A stretch of DNA of 64,000 nt from the NCBI GenBank assembly GCA_002383285.1, contig DFXU01000007.1:2712-66711 (forward strand), read 5' to 3'. The stretch is from Bacillales bacterium UBA4100. Its GTDB lineage: Bacteria; Bacillota; Bacilli; Paenibacillales; UBA4045. Position numbers and translations under genes: made by a program. Below the pieces are notes generated by a model. That model saw nothing but the letters and a program-made list of their open reading frames with translations. It was not told the origin of the DNA and searched no databases. Positions 20,798-29,156 of this stretch are shown here, piece after piece (the stretch's first letter is position 1; each line of letters begins with the position of its first letter).

Positions 20798-21360
20798 TGA
20801 ATCACATCCCCCTTCCATTCATAAATTGACACTGTTGTCTCACCGTATTCTGCCTTTCGAATGCACGCGAACCCGCCAATCTGCTCCGCATAACGTGTTC
20901 GGGTATCATGCTCGAGTACAAGCTTAGCGCCTAGTGCAAGTAAATGGCGTTCCTCAATAATCATTAACAGCTCGTCCATCTTCTTCATGCGGTAAGGTGG
21001 ATCTAGGAATACTAAATCAAATTTAAGCTCTCTACGTTGTAGTACCTTTAGCGCCTGCTCTGCTGAATTTCGATATACCTCTGATTGTTCGATGAGTCCA
21101 GTTGATTGTAAATTCTGTTTAATAATATCCACACTAGCACGTTCAATATCAATGAAGATACCTCGTGCAATTCCTCTACTTATAGCCTCGATACCTAATC
21201 CACCAGCTCCAGCAAATAGATCGAGTACTAAGCCACCGTCAAAGTAAGGACCTATCATACTGAATATGGCTTCTTTCACCTTATCCGTCGTTGGACGTGT
21301 ATTCATACCAGGAACGGCTTTCAAATTCCGACCTCGCACCGAGCCAGATATAACTCTCAC
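20794..21360 (-). CDS. rsmD: 16S rRNA (guanine966-N2)-methyltransferase
   Basis: Contains [13 protein letters not shown] and FLDPPY motifs. It starts at a GTG 7 nt after AAGGAG. Confidence 0.9.
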   Translation of the reverse strand: MRVISGSVRGRNLKAVPGMNTRPTTDKVKEAIFSMIGPYFDGGLVLDLFAGAGGLGIEAISRGIARGIFIDIERASVDIIKQNLQSTGLIEQSEVYRNSAEQALKVLQRRELKFDLVFLDPPYRMKKMDELLMIIEERHLLALGAKLVLEHDTRTRYAEQIGGFACIRKAEYGETTVSIYEWKGDVIQ

Positions 21361-21497
21361 CTTGTATCTCCTTCATTAAAAGCTCGTGTTTAGCACTCAT
21401 AGTACCATATTCTATTTGGTTAGAAAAGACAAAGAAGCAGTAGGTGGCTCGTGAATGCTTTAACATTTTTCATCATGAGGTATAGAACTATGGAAAT

Positions 21498-21668
21498 CGG
21501 TTATCCTTAATATATCGGCGTCGAGAGATGTCGTAGATAACCGCGGAGAAGACTTACGTTTCCCCATAAGATCTTCATCCGGTTTCTCCTCTCCCATGAG
21601 GTGCCCTGCAAGGGGCACCGATATAATCAACACCGCTTAGCCTCAGAGCTCTGCGGTTTTTTCTTGTT
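21498..21668 (+). ncRNA. Candidate orphan structured RNA ending in an intrinsic terminator (family unknown)
   Basis: No credible ORF is present. Helices pair 21498-21505 with 21536-21543 (8 bp), 21544-21556 with 21567-21581 (13 bp, two bulged A), and 21600-21606 with 21613-21619 (7 bp, GC-rich). A hairpin at 21632-21657 is followed by T6, which reads as a terminator only on the plus strand. Confidence 0.4.
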
Positions 21669-21687
21669 TTCTATTCAAGTTTTCAGT

Positions 21688-21716
21688 TTCACCAATACAC
21701 CGTGCATACCTATTAT
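21688..21716 (+). promoter_or_regulatory. Sigma-A-type promoter for ORF 21776
   Basis: TTCACC (21688-21693), a 17-nt spacer, then TATTAT (21711-21716). It lies downstream of the terminator at 21632-21662. Confidence 0.5.
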
Positions 21717-21775
21717 CATTTCGGATAGGCTAAGTTGGTGGACTAACATCAATTCTTGCAAAGGAGATTCCTACG

Positions 21776-22144
21776 ATGCCTGAGAAACCGATCATCGTTT
21801 ATTTTAGAAGTGCTGAACAGGCCAATGAGGCCTTGAACAAGATGAAGCGTGAGTTTGAAGTGATCGAAGCATCAATTGACCAATTCGACGGATACCCCGG
21901 CAACGGTCATGATCCAGGTAATCCTATCACTGGCCATATACCAAGTCTGGGTTCTCTAACACTGGGCGGTGACTTCAACCGTGACGCTGGAATTCTAGCT
22001 GCGACAAGCGTAAGTGCTAGTGGCTTGAGCTCAGGAGAACCCGGCAATATGGTCTCAGGAGTGAACATTATTCTAACCGCCATAGTGCAAGAAGAGAACG
22101 GAGAGCAGGCAATGCAGATCGCGCAGGATTGTGGAGCTGAATAA
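21776..22144 (+). CDS. Hypothetical 122-aa protein with a Gly/Pro/Ser-rich centre
   Basis: ATG lies 9 nt after AAAGGAG. The gene has its own promoter and is followed by two hairpins, including a bidirectional terminator. I did not recognise a family. Confidence 0.55.
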   Translation: MPEKPIIVYFRSAEQANEALNKMKREFEVIEASIDQFDGYPGNGHDPGNPITGHIPSLGSLTLGGDFNRDAGILAATSVSASGLSSGEPGNMVSGVNIILTAIVQEENGEQAMQIAQDCGAE

Positions 22145-22183
22145 TGATTTGCACCGGAGACTAGATCGGTTTTCGGTGCAAAT

Positions 22184-22208
22184 AAAAAAGCACCCGAGGG
22201 TGCTTTTA
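22184..22208. terminator. Bidirectional intrinsic terminator between convergent small genes
   Basis: AAAAAGCACCC-GA-GGGTGCTTTT is flanked by an A-run and a T-run. It is preceded by a second hairpin, TTGCACCG...CGGTGCAA (22149-22181). Confidence 0.75.
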
Positions 22209-22219
22209 AATATCTTTAT

Positions 22220-22393
22220 CTAATCCTTTACCGTATTGAATTTTCCTGTCCTGGTATCGTATGGCCCTACACTAACTACCGGTGGATCAATAACCATGGG
22301 TTCATCTGTTTTTCTTGTTTCATGCAAATCTGTAGCTCCTGCTTGATGAGTAAGTAAATCTCGCAGTTCCTCATTCTCTTCAGGTTTGTACAC
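22220..22393 (-). CDS. Hypothetical small acidic protein (57 aa)
   Basis: GTG 22393 lies 7 nt after AAGGAGGG; the ORF-track start at 22429 has no RBS. The gene sits between the dehydratase stop and the bidirectional terminator. Confidence 0.45.
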   Translation of the reverse strand: MYKPEENEELRDLLTHQAGATDLHETRKTDEPMVIDPPVVSVGPYDTRTGKFNTVKD

Positions 22394-22470
22394 AGTTGAT
22401 CCCTCCTTCTCATTCTTACTTTCTACCACAGTTTGCTTCTGAATTAGAACAATTATTCAAGATTAAGCAC

Positions 22471-24633
22471 TCACTGCCTAGAATCATTCCAATCCATATC
22501 CGCATCAAGCGCTACGCTCATGGGAACTACACCGCAAGAAGCATCGGTGCAATCTCGGAAGCGATTCGATGCTGCAATCCGTCTTTGTCTCATGCGCAAG
22601 CTATTCATTCGAGTCTGAGCTAGCTCTGCTCGCAGAACACGCAGATTCTCAGACGATCGCGTAAGATGACCCATAGCAAATTGCTCAGCGTCTAACAAGT
22701 CTATACGCTTATTACGGAATTGCAGATGCAGCAGATCAGCATCCTGTAAGTAGAGAATGTCTCCATCACGGAAGGCCTCTGGTGTCATATGGCCAATCGC
22801 CGCACCGTAGGTAACACCTGAATAGCGTCCATCACTAATTAGAGTCGCTAACCGTTTGAGCTGACGATGAGCATTAATATGCTGCATCGGCGTGAACATT
22901 TCCGGCATCCCGAATGCTTCAGGTCCTTGGCCAGAGATAACAATAGCCAGCTTAAGCCATTCATTGCTGACCGATTTATCGAAAATCTCTTCATAATTCA
23001 ACAGCTTAAGCTCATTCGTATTCATGTTAGCATTATGGTTAGCCATAACAATCAAATGTTCCAGTTTGAATATTCGTTTCGATTTTAATTTATCCAATAA
23101 GTGAATATCTAATAGATGCTGGTTAGCTTGCTCCTCATTCTCGAAGTAAAGAATGAAAGCCACTTTGTTATCGAATTGATCCAATTGCTTTGTTGGCATC
23201 CCGCTTACTTTTACTACAGCCTGATTAAAGAAATTACCTCTCAATACATCAACACCACTAAATTGACGTCTTGGCTTACTCAGGATAATCGGATTATCCT
23301 TCACACCATCCGCGCTAAGCCCTTCAGTGTTTGCAAGCCTTTCCCGCCAGGTTTGACCACTCACGGTAGGAGCATCCAGATCCATGGGTACACCATTACG
23401 CCCAAGCTCATAGATCAGTGTTTCCATCCCGCGAATTTCACCTGAGCAGCATTGCTGTGCAAGCGCATAGATGTCTCGTCCCTCTGTGAGGCTATAATCA
23501 TACAAGTCAGGAATGGGATACTCCATCAATACACGCTCAATGTCCTCAAGTGAAAAATCATATCCAGCATATATCATTGCACCAACCATATGCATAATCA
23601 GATTAGACGACCCACCACTAGCACTATGAAGCCTGATTGTATTCTTAATATTAGCAATCACTAGCTTGCTTACGCTAAATTCTCGTTTATTCACTATGAA
23701 GAATAGCGCTTCTATTGCCTTATCAACCTGCATGAATGTTGGAGGGTCTGTCAACAGCTCAAGGGCTGGATATACGACACCAAATCCTGCCGTGACTTCT
23801 CTAGAGCTGTTCCCTGTTCCATGGAATGCGCATATTCCACCCTTGGCATCACAAGTATTCACAGCGAGACTTTTCTCGAAAAACTTTTGCTGCTCCTCGG
23901 TCAATATGCCTCTTTCGATCGCTCTTAGGAATACACCCTGGAATGCCGTATTCGACGAACACTGCAGAATATAGCTAACAGCTTCATCGATATCTGATGC
24001 AATATCATCATAACCCGCCACAGTCGCAAGTGACGCTAATTGAGCCAGCTCCCTTCTCAGGTCATCTGGAATGCTGCCACCCTTAAGTACATGGGAAGGG
24101 CAGAAGCTAGCGAATACAGGTGCTTCCCCCCGATATTGTCTTACACGATCTAGATGAGCGAGACCACTTAACACACCGAGCGGCTGTTTATCACAGCCCT
24201 GAATAACGAATGCACCATGATAGGAATGGGCTTCCATCTGATTCACGACCATCTCAGCAATTACGTTACGGCTCTGCAGCGAGTATGACATCCCCATATT
24301 ACTCTGTGCGGTTCCATCACACAGCACAGGCGTACTGAAATAGAATGGGACTCCACCATGCTTCCATATACTAATAGCAGCTTTGGATACGGTTTCATAA
24401 TCAAGAATATGCGCAGGGTGATCTGAGGAGCCGCCGATAATAGCAATCCGAGGAGCATTGTATTCAAGTCGATCATATATGTTCTCCAGCGTCCAATCTG
24501 ATGGACCTCCTGTATAATCCGCTCCCAACTCGCGTCGGGATCGATCTAGAAGTCCAGCAACAGTTATTGGCTCGTTGGCCTTTCCTTGTACATTATCTCT
24601 GTAAGGATTAATATCGCTATTCATCTTAATCAT
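22471..24633 (-). CDS. IlvD/Edd-family dehydratase, long YjhG/YagF-like (sugar-acid dehydratase-like) variant
   Basis: 720 aa with family motifs LCDGTAQSNMGM, QGCDKQPLG, GGICAFHGTGNS and LISDGRYSGVTYGAAIGHMTPEA. It also carries an extra internal segment and a basic C-terminal tail. Confidence 0.8.
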   Translation of the reverse strand: MIKMNSDINPYRDNVQGKANEPITVAGLLDRSRRELGADYTGGPSDWTLENIYDRLEYNAPRIAIIGGSSDHPAHILDYETVSKAAISIWKHGGVPFYFSTPVLCDGTAQSNMGMSYSLQSRNVIAEMVVNQMEAHSYHGAFVIQGCDKQPLGVLSGLAHLDRVRQYRGEAPVFASFCPSHVLKGGSIPDDLRRELAQLASLATVAGYDDIASDIDEAVSYILQCSSNTAFQGVFLRAIERGILTEEQQKFFEKSLAVNTCDAKGGICAFHGTGNSSREVTAGFGVVYPALELLTDPPTFMQVDKAIEALFFIVNKREFSVSKLVIANIKNTIRLHSASGGSSNLIMHMVGAMIYAGYDFSLEDIERVLMEYPIPDLYDYSLTEGRDIYALAQQCCSGEIRGMETLIYELGRNGVPMDLDAPTVSGQTWRERLANTEGLSADGVKDNPIILSKPRRQFSGVDVLRGNFFNQAVVKVSGMPTKQLDQFDNKVAFILYFENEEQANQHLLDIHLLDKLKSKRIFKLEHLIVMANHNANMNTNELKLLNYEEIFDKSVSNEWLKLAIVISGQGPEAFGMPEMFTPMQHINAHRQLKRLATLISDGRYSGVTYGAAIGHMTPEAFRDGDILYLQDADLLHLQFRNKRIDLLDAEQFAMGHLTRSSENLRVLRAELAQTRMNSLRMRQRRIAASNRFRDCTDASCGVVPMSVALDADMDWNDSRQ

Positions 24634-24813
24634 TTACTTATCGTCTCCTCCATTGTTTGTGTACTTTCCTGTAGACTCAGGTCTCTTTCCTTTTCGGAAC
24701 ATCCCTGATTCCACCCCACAGTTTTTATTCTTATCATACAATAAATTGCGGAATAAATTCAGCTTCCATATCCGATAATAAGCTTAGTCTATAAACTAGA
24801 GGTGTTGACATAC

Positions 24814-24930
24814 ATGAAATCGAAAGATAGATCAAATATGAAGACGATTATAGGATTAGCCATAGTAATTGGACTCGTGATGATCTACTTCATTGGATTT
24901 TCTCTATATGAGTGGTTGGTTCCGGAATGA
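24814..24930 (+). CDS. Possible 38-aa single-TM micro-protein
   Basis: Absent from the ORF track because it is under 60 aa. ATG lies 9 nt after GAGGTG. My translation is MKSKDRSNMKTIIGLAIVIGLVMIYFIGFSLYEWLVPE, with a basic N-terminus followed by one hydrophobic helix. Confidence 0.3.
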   Translation: MKSKDRSNMKTIIGLAIVIGLVMIYFIGFSLYEWLVPE

Positions 24931-25011
24931 ACAGAAGGAAAAGAAGTATTGATTTCGTTTCATTAATCTCCCCTTGTGGTAATAAGTATGTATAACAAGG
25001 AGATGAGGATT

Positions 25012-25221
25012 ATGTACATTAGATCAAGTTCACGTTTAGAGCCGGTTGATTCCATCAATATCATCGATAGCCATAGACACGATAATAACCAACAATTGAC
25101 CGAAGATCACCCAAGTAATTCTAGAGAGCATCAATCCAAAGAACGACAATTACAAAATCAGATTTACATGGAGAGTAGTGTACTTGTTGATATAGGACAG
25201 AATATTAATACATTTGTGTGA
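25012..25221 (+). CDS. Hypothetical hydrophilic 69-aa protein
   Basis: ATG 25012 lies 9 nt after AAGGAG; the ORF track begins at GTG 24976. I did not recognise a family. Confidence 0.4.
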   Translation: MYIRSSSRLEPVDSINIIDSHRHDNNQQLTEDHPSNSREHQSKERQLQNQIYMESSVLVDIGQNINTFV

Positions 25222-25222
25222 T

Positions 25223-26008
25223 CTATTCTATTCGATAAAATCTTCGTGTGTTTTCATTTATAATGCTAGCTGCCTTCAGAGGGTCTAGGCCTTTCAGTAC
25301 AGCAATTTCGTGAACCACATCCCTAACCATACTAGGTAATGTGGTCTTTCCTTTGAAGTGAGCCTCGAATGGCCATGGACCGTCGGTTTCTACCATAAGC
25401 TGTTCAATTGGATAAATCCGAACTAGCTCTCTAATTTCTTCTTCGTAACAAACATCAGGTGATATGGATATGTAATAACCGTTCCTAGCCATCCTCTTAA
25501 CTGTGTGCTCTGGACCCTTGAACCAGTGAAAATGTGCAGTAGTAACGCAGTGCTTCTCCAACAAACCACATACAATGTCTGCGTCCTCATAAACAGCATG
25601 AAGGATGATCGGTTTATTCAATTCGATAGATAACAGAATAAATCTCTCAAGCAAGGAAATATACGGATTAAGATTATACGATATTCCCTTTGCCTCAAAT
25701 TCTGTTCGAGTATAATAAGGTAAACCAACCTCTCCAATAGCAATAGCCTCCGTATGATGCTCGCGGATCCATGCGAATAATTGCTGTTCAACCTCCATAT
25801 CGGGAATGGGCTGCTCAGGATGGTATCCAAAGGCAGGTAAGTACATGCCAGAGTATGCATGAGCTAACTCTAGATTTGTTCTACATGAATCCTGATGTAA
25901 GGAAACAGCAATTATTGCCTCTACATTGACACCTAACTGCTCTAATAATTGCTTTCGATCATCCAAGCTATAAAGATCGGGATGAATGTGTGCATCAATC
26001 CATTTCAT
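25223..26008 (-). CDS. TatD-family metal-dependent hydrolase
   Basis: 261 aa with motifs DAHIHPD, GEVGLPYY, ILHAV and VETDGPWPF. Its start overlaps the stop of the upstream ABC ATPase gene (ATGA). Confidence 0.8.
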   Translation of the reverse strand: MKWIDAHIHPDLYSLDDRKQLLEQLGVNVEAIIAVSLHQDSCRTNLELAHAYSGMYLPAFGYHPEQPIPDMEVEQQLFAWIREHHTEAIAIGEVGLPYYTRTEFEAKGISYNLNPYISLLERFILLSIELNKPIILHAVYEDADIVCGLLEKHCVTTAHFHWFKGPEHTVKRMARNGYYISISPDVCYEEEIRELVRIYPIEQLMVETDGPWPFEAHFKGKTTLPSMVRDVVHEIAVLKGLDPLKAASIINENTRRFYRIE

Positions 26009-26775
26009 ATGATTGTCTCCTTCTTCATCAGACTATATATGTGTGCTCGCAAACGTATAAAGTCGCTATGCTGTAGAATATCTTCCCCTCGCGGACGTTG
26101 GAATGGGACAATTATCTCTTCAAGTACGCCAGTAGGTTTTTCTGAGAACACGTATATGCGATCAGACAAGAATAGGGCTTCTTCAATGCTGTGAGTTACG
26201 AATAGCACAGATCTTCTGGAGTCCTCCCAGAGTGCAAGCAACCAACGTTGCATATCCATCCTTGTAAGTGCGTCTAATGCACCGAAAGGCTCATCCAAAC
26301 ACATCACCTCTTGCGGACTTAGTAGTGCCCTTAGAAAGGCAACACGCTGCTGCATACCTCCAGATAATACATCTGGGTATGCTGACTCATAGCCCTGAAG
26401 TCCGACTCTTGCTAACCATTCCTTAGCTAGCTCGCGCGATTGCTTCTTGCTCGAGACTCCCGAAACCTCCATCGCAAGGACAGTATTCTCTAATACGGTT
26501 CTCCATGGGAATAACGAGTGCTGCTGGGGTACATAACTGATATGTCCTCTCCTGCCTGTTATATCCTTACCATCTAATAGAATTTCTCCTAGGTCAGGTT
26601 GCAGCAGTCCCCCGATCATATGGAACACAGTGCTCTTTCCACTTCCAGAAGGTCCAATTATCGAAACAAACTCTCCCTCGTTGACATAGAGAGAAAGCTC
26701 CTTAATCACGAAATTATCCGCTCCTAGGTTACTGAACGATTTACCAATACCTCTTACCTCCAGCTTAGGCTGCAT
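26005..26775 (-). CDS. thiZ: ABC transporter ATP-binding protein (NitT/TauT family, ThiZ-like)
   Basis: Contains Walker A GPSGSGKST, signature LSGGMQQR and Walker B MCLDEP. ATG 26775 overlaps the permease stop (TAATG) and follows AAGGAGGGA. Confidence 0.8.
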   Translation of the reverse strand: MQPKLEVRGIGKSFSNLGADNFVIKELSLYVNEGEFVSIIGPSGSGKSTVFHMIGGLLQPDLGEILLDGKDITGRRGHISYVPQQHSLFPWRTVLENTVLAMEVSGVSSKKQSRELAKEWLARVGLQGYESAYPDVLSGGMQQRVAFLRALLSPQEVMCLDEPFGALDALTRMDMQRWLLALWEDSRRSVLFVTHSIEEALFLSDRIYVFSEKPTGVLEEIIVPFQRPRGEDILQHSDFIRLRAHIYSLMKKETII

Positions 26776-27557
26776 TAGCTTCCCTCCTTGACAGAGCGAG
26801 AATTCCAACGAATAATGAGCTTCTGTAATATCACAATCAAAGCATACATGAGCAAGCTTAGCGTGACGATTACGAACACTACTGTGAATACTCGGTCATT
26901 ACGAAAACTCTTATATGAAAGAACCATGTAACGGCCTAATCCACTGCTACCACCAAGCCATTCGGCAATTACAGCACCCATCACGCTATAGGTTGCAGAA
27001 ATCTTCAATCCAGCGAACAGGTAAGGAAGTGAGAATGGGAGCTCTAGCTTCGTGAAGATTTGACGGCGGCTGGCGCCTATCATACGCATATAGTTAAATA
27101 AGCTTCGATCAGTCTCAACAAGACCTGTGGTCATGGATACAACAATGGGGAAAAAACATACAAGTACTACTACAATAATCTTTGGGAACATCCCGTAACC
27201 GAACCATACTACAAATAGAGGAGCAAGTACGATCATAGGAATGTTCTGCGAGATAATAAGCAATGGCGAGAAAGCAGATTTAATTGGCTTGGACAAGTGC
27301 ATAACAACAGCGATCATTACCCCAGCAAGCACACCAGTCGGAAAACCGATTAATATCTTCTGAAGTGTTGATGTTGTATGCAACCACAAACGAGGCCATG
27401 AAATAATACCCTCACGGATAATATCCGTAGGGCTTGGAAGAAACCACTTTTCAATTCCTAGCCAGTTAACAAGTAACTCCCAACTAGTTAAGATAAGGAT
27501 AACCGCCACTATGGGCGGCCATCCTTTGTTAACTACATTAATTAATGTTCTACTCAT
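26775..27557 (-). CDS. thiX: ABC transporter permease (NitT/TauT family, ThiX-like)
   Basis: 260-aa polytopic membrane protein sitting between the binding-protein genes and the ATPase gene. Confidence 0.8.
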   Translation of the reverse strand: MSRTLINVVNKGWPPIVAVILILTSWELLVNWLGIEKWFLPSPTDIIREGIISWPRLWLHTTSTLQKILIGFPTGVLAGVMIAVVMHLSKPIKSAFSPLLIISQNIPMIVLAPLFVVWFGYGMFPKIIVVVLVCFFPIVVSMTTGLVETDRSLFNYMRMIGASRRQIFTKLELPFSLPYLFAGLKISATYSVMGAVIAEWLGGSSGLGRYMVLSYKSFRNDRVFTVVFVIVTLSLLMYALIVILQKLIIRWNSRSVKEGS

Positions 27558-27850
27558 TATCGATCATACTTCTCTGTCAGCTTGTCCATCGAGACACCGC
27601 TTGGACCATACAGAATCTTGATTTGTGAGATAACACTCGGACAGCCTTCAGCTATCATCACTTCATTCATTTCCTTAACAACATTAAGTAGCTGGTCAAG
27701 CTCCCCCTCCATCGTCGTTTCTAGTGGTGCCACACGGTACTTTACTCCAGATCGGTCAATAACGGCTATTGCCTTATCTACGTAAGGAATAACATCCTCA
27801 TTGTTCTTAGTTCGCGGGATAATCTGAATACTTACAAGCGCATTTGCCAT
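27557..27850 (-). CDS. MTH1187/YkoF-family (DUF77) thiamine/HMP-binding protein
   Basis: 97 aa counted from ATG 27850, which follows AGAGGAG. The sequence MANALVSIQIIP...YRVAPLETTMEGE is typical of the family. The ORF-track start at 27919 would overlap thiY. Confidence 0.7.
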   Translation of the reverse strand: MANALVSIQIIPRTKNNEDVIPYVDKAIAVIDRSGVKYRVAPLETTMEGELDQLLNVVKEMNEVMIAEGCPSVISQIKILYGPSGVSMDKLTEKYDR

Positions 27851-27878
27851 GTGTAAGCTCCTCTCTTTAATGGATACA

Positions 27879-28907
27879 TTATTCTGGTAGGTAATCATTC
27901 GTGAACGCTTTTGCTGCATCGAATGTTCCTTCTAATAGATTGTACTTCGTCATCCAATCAGCATAATTGTTCCATACTTCAAGCTTCTGCTCTCCCCAAC
28001 GAGGGGCATCATCCTGGTATCGTGTGCTTAACCATTGTTGGCTTGCCTTCACTAGCTCTGCATTCAAGTCAGGCTCAGCCTTCACGAATAGGTCTGCAGC
28101 CTTCACCGGTTCATCCATTGCGAATTGATAGCCCTGTGCTGTTGCTTTCATGAATGCCTTAACGGTATCAGGCTCATCAGCAATCATCTTTTCATTCGTA
28201 ACCAAAACTGGAGTGTAATAATCCAATTCAATTGCATAGTCACGTAAGTAAACCATATCAATCTCATCACCACGAAGCTCTGCCTCTACACCTGTCCAAG
28301 CATAATATATCCATGCGAAGTCTATGTCTCTCTTAACGGCCGTGAAGAAATCGGCATCACCGATGCTTACATTCTCAACCTTGGTTGGATCTGCATTCTC
28401 ATTTAGCATCATGGATTCAAGCATTGCATCCTCTACTGGGGAGCCCCAGCCGCCATATACCTTACCTTCGAAATCCTTGGGTGATTTAATATTCTTACTA
28501 ACGGGTGTTGCAAAACCAGAGGTATTATGCTGGATTACCGCAGCTATTGATACAAGCGGTACATTCTGAGTACGCGCTAATGTCACCGACTCCTGATAGC
28601 TTACACCAAATTGAGCATTACCAGCAGCAACCATCGTATCAGCACCTGATTCACCTGGTTGTACAATGGTTACATTCAAGCCTGCTTCCTCATAATAACC
28701 ATTATCTCTTGCAACATAAAGCCCAGTATGATTTGTATTTGGAGTCCAATCAAGAACTACAGTAATCTCTTGTAATTTCTTGCTATCATCCTTCTTATCC
28801 GTTCCGGCTTCCTTCTCATTCGTATTCCCACAACCAATAACCGTTACTTGAACAACTACAAGCATCATCAATAATACTAATTTTGTTGCCTTGTTAATCT
28901 TAAACAT
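27879..28907 (-). CDS. thiY: Lipoprotein substrate-binding protein, NMT1/THI5-like (ThiY-type pyrimidine-precursor binding protein)
   Basis: Has a signal peptide with a lipobox (VIGC) and the DWTPNTNHTGLYVA motif. It is the first gene after a TPP riboswitch. Confidence 0.8.
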   Translation of the reverse strand: MFKINKATKLVLLMMLVVVQVTVIGCGNTNEKEAGTDKKDDSKKLQEITVVLDWTPNTNHTGLYVARDNGYYEEAGLNVTIVQPGESGADTMVAAGNAQFGVSYQESVTLARTQNVPLVSIAAVIQHNTSGFATPVSKNIKSPKDFEGKVYGGWGSPVEDAMLESMMLNENADPTKVENVSIGDADFFTAVKRDIDFAWIYYAWTGVEAELRGDEIDMVYLRDYAIELDYYTPVLVTNEKMIADEPDTVKAFMKATAQGYQFAMDEPVKAADLFVKAEPDLNAELVKASQQWLSTRYQDDAPRWGEQKLEVWNNYADWMTKYNLLEGTFDAAKAFTNDYLPE

Positions 28908-29034
28908 GTGCATCTCTCCATTCTCTCTATTTGTCCCTTAACCTTTTACCATAATCTGCTCTCTCTCATAGGCGTCATTAAACATAGAAAAGACGCCCCT
29001 CAAGAGGAAAGCGCCATAAGTCACATAGATCGAT

Positions 29035-29135
29035 TCAGTCCGATTCCTACGCTGGCATTATCCAGATCAGGTTGCGGGTCAGTATCTTGAGGGATACTCT
29101 CTCAGCCGGCCAATTCCAGCTCCCCGTGGAAAACT
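29035..29135 (-). promoter_or_regulatory. TPP (THI-box) riboswitch
   Basis: The minus strand reads CACGGGGAGCUGG..GGCUGAGAGAGUAUCCC..GACCCGCAACCUGAUCUGGAUAAUGCCAGCGUAGGAAUCGG. It contains the conserved CUGAGA and ACCUGAUCUGGAUAAUGCCAGCGUAGG cores. Confidence 0.88.
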
Positions 29136-29156
29136 ATTAGGTTAGTTACATGAATC

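Noticed and set aside
21361-21500. Possibility that the structured region is the known ylbH (rsmD) leader on the minus strand
   Set aside because: This is only partly rejected. A plausible rsmD promoter (TGgTACTAT extended -10) lies proximal to the gene, which would leave the helices upstream of the transcript. The only terminator-like tail reads on the plus strand. I cannot recall the Rfam consensus well enough to exclude it, and a cmscan would decide.
21601-21783. 60-aa ORF on the plus strand in the rsmD / ORF 21776 intergenic region
   Set aside because: It starts at a GTG inside a GC-rich helix. It reads straight through the terminator hairpin, the T-tract and the downstream promoter. It has no RBS and overlaps the start of ORF 21776 out of frame.
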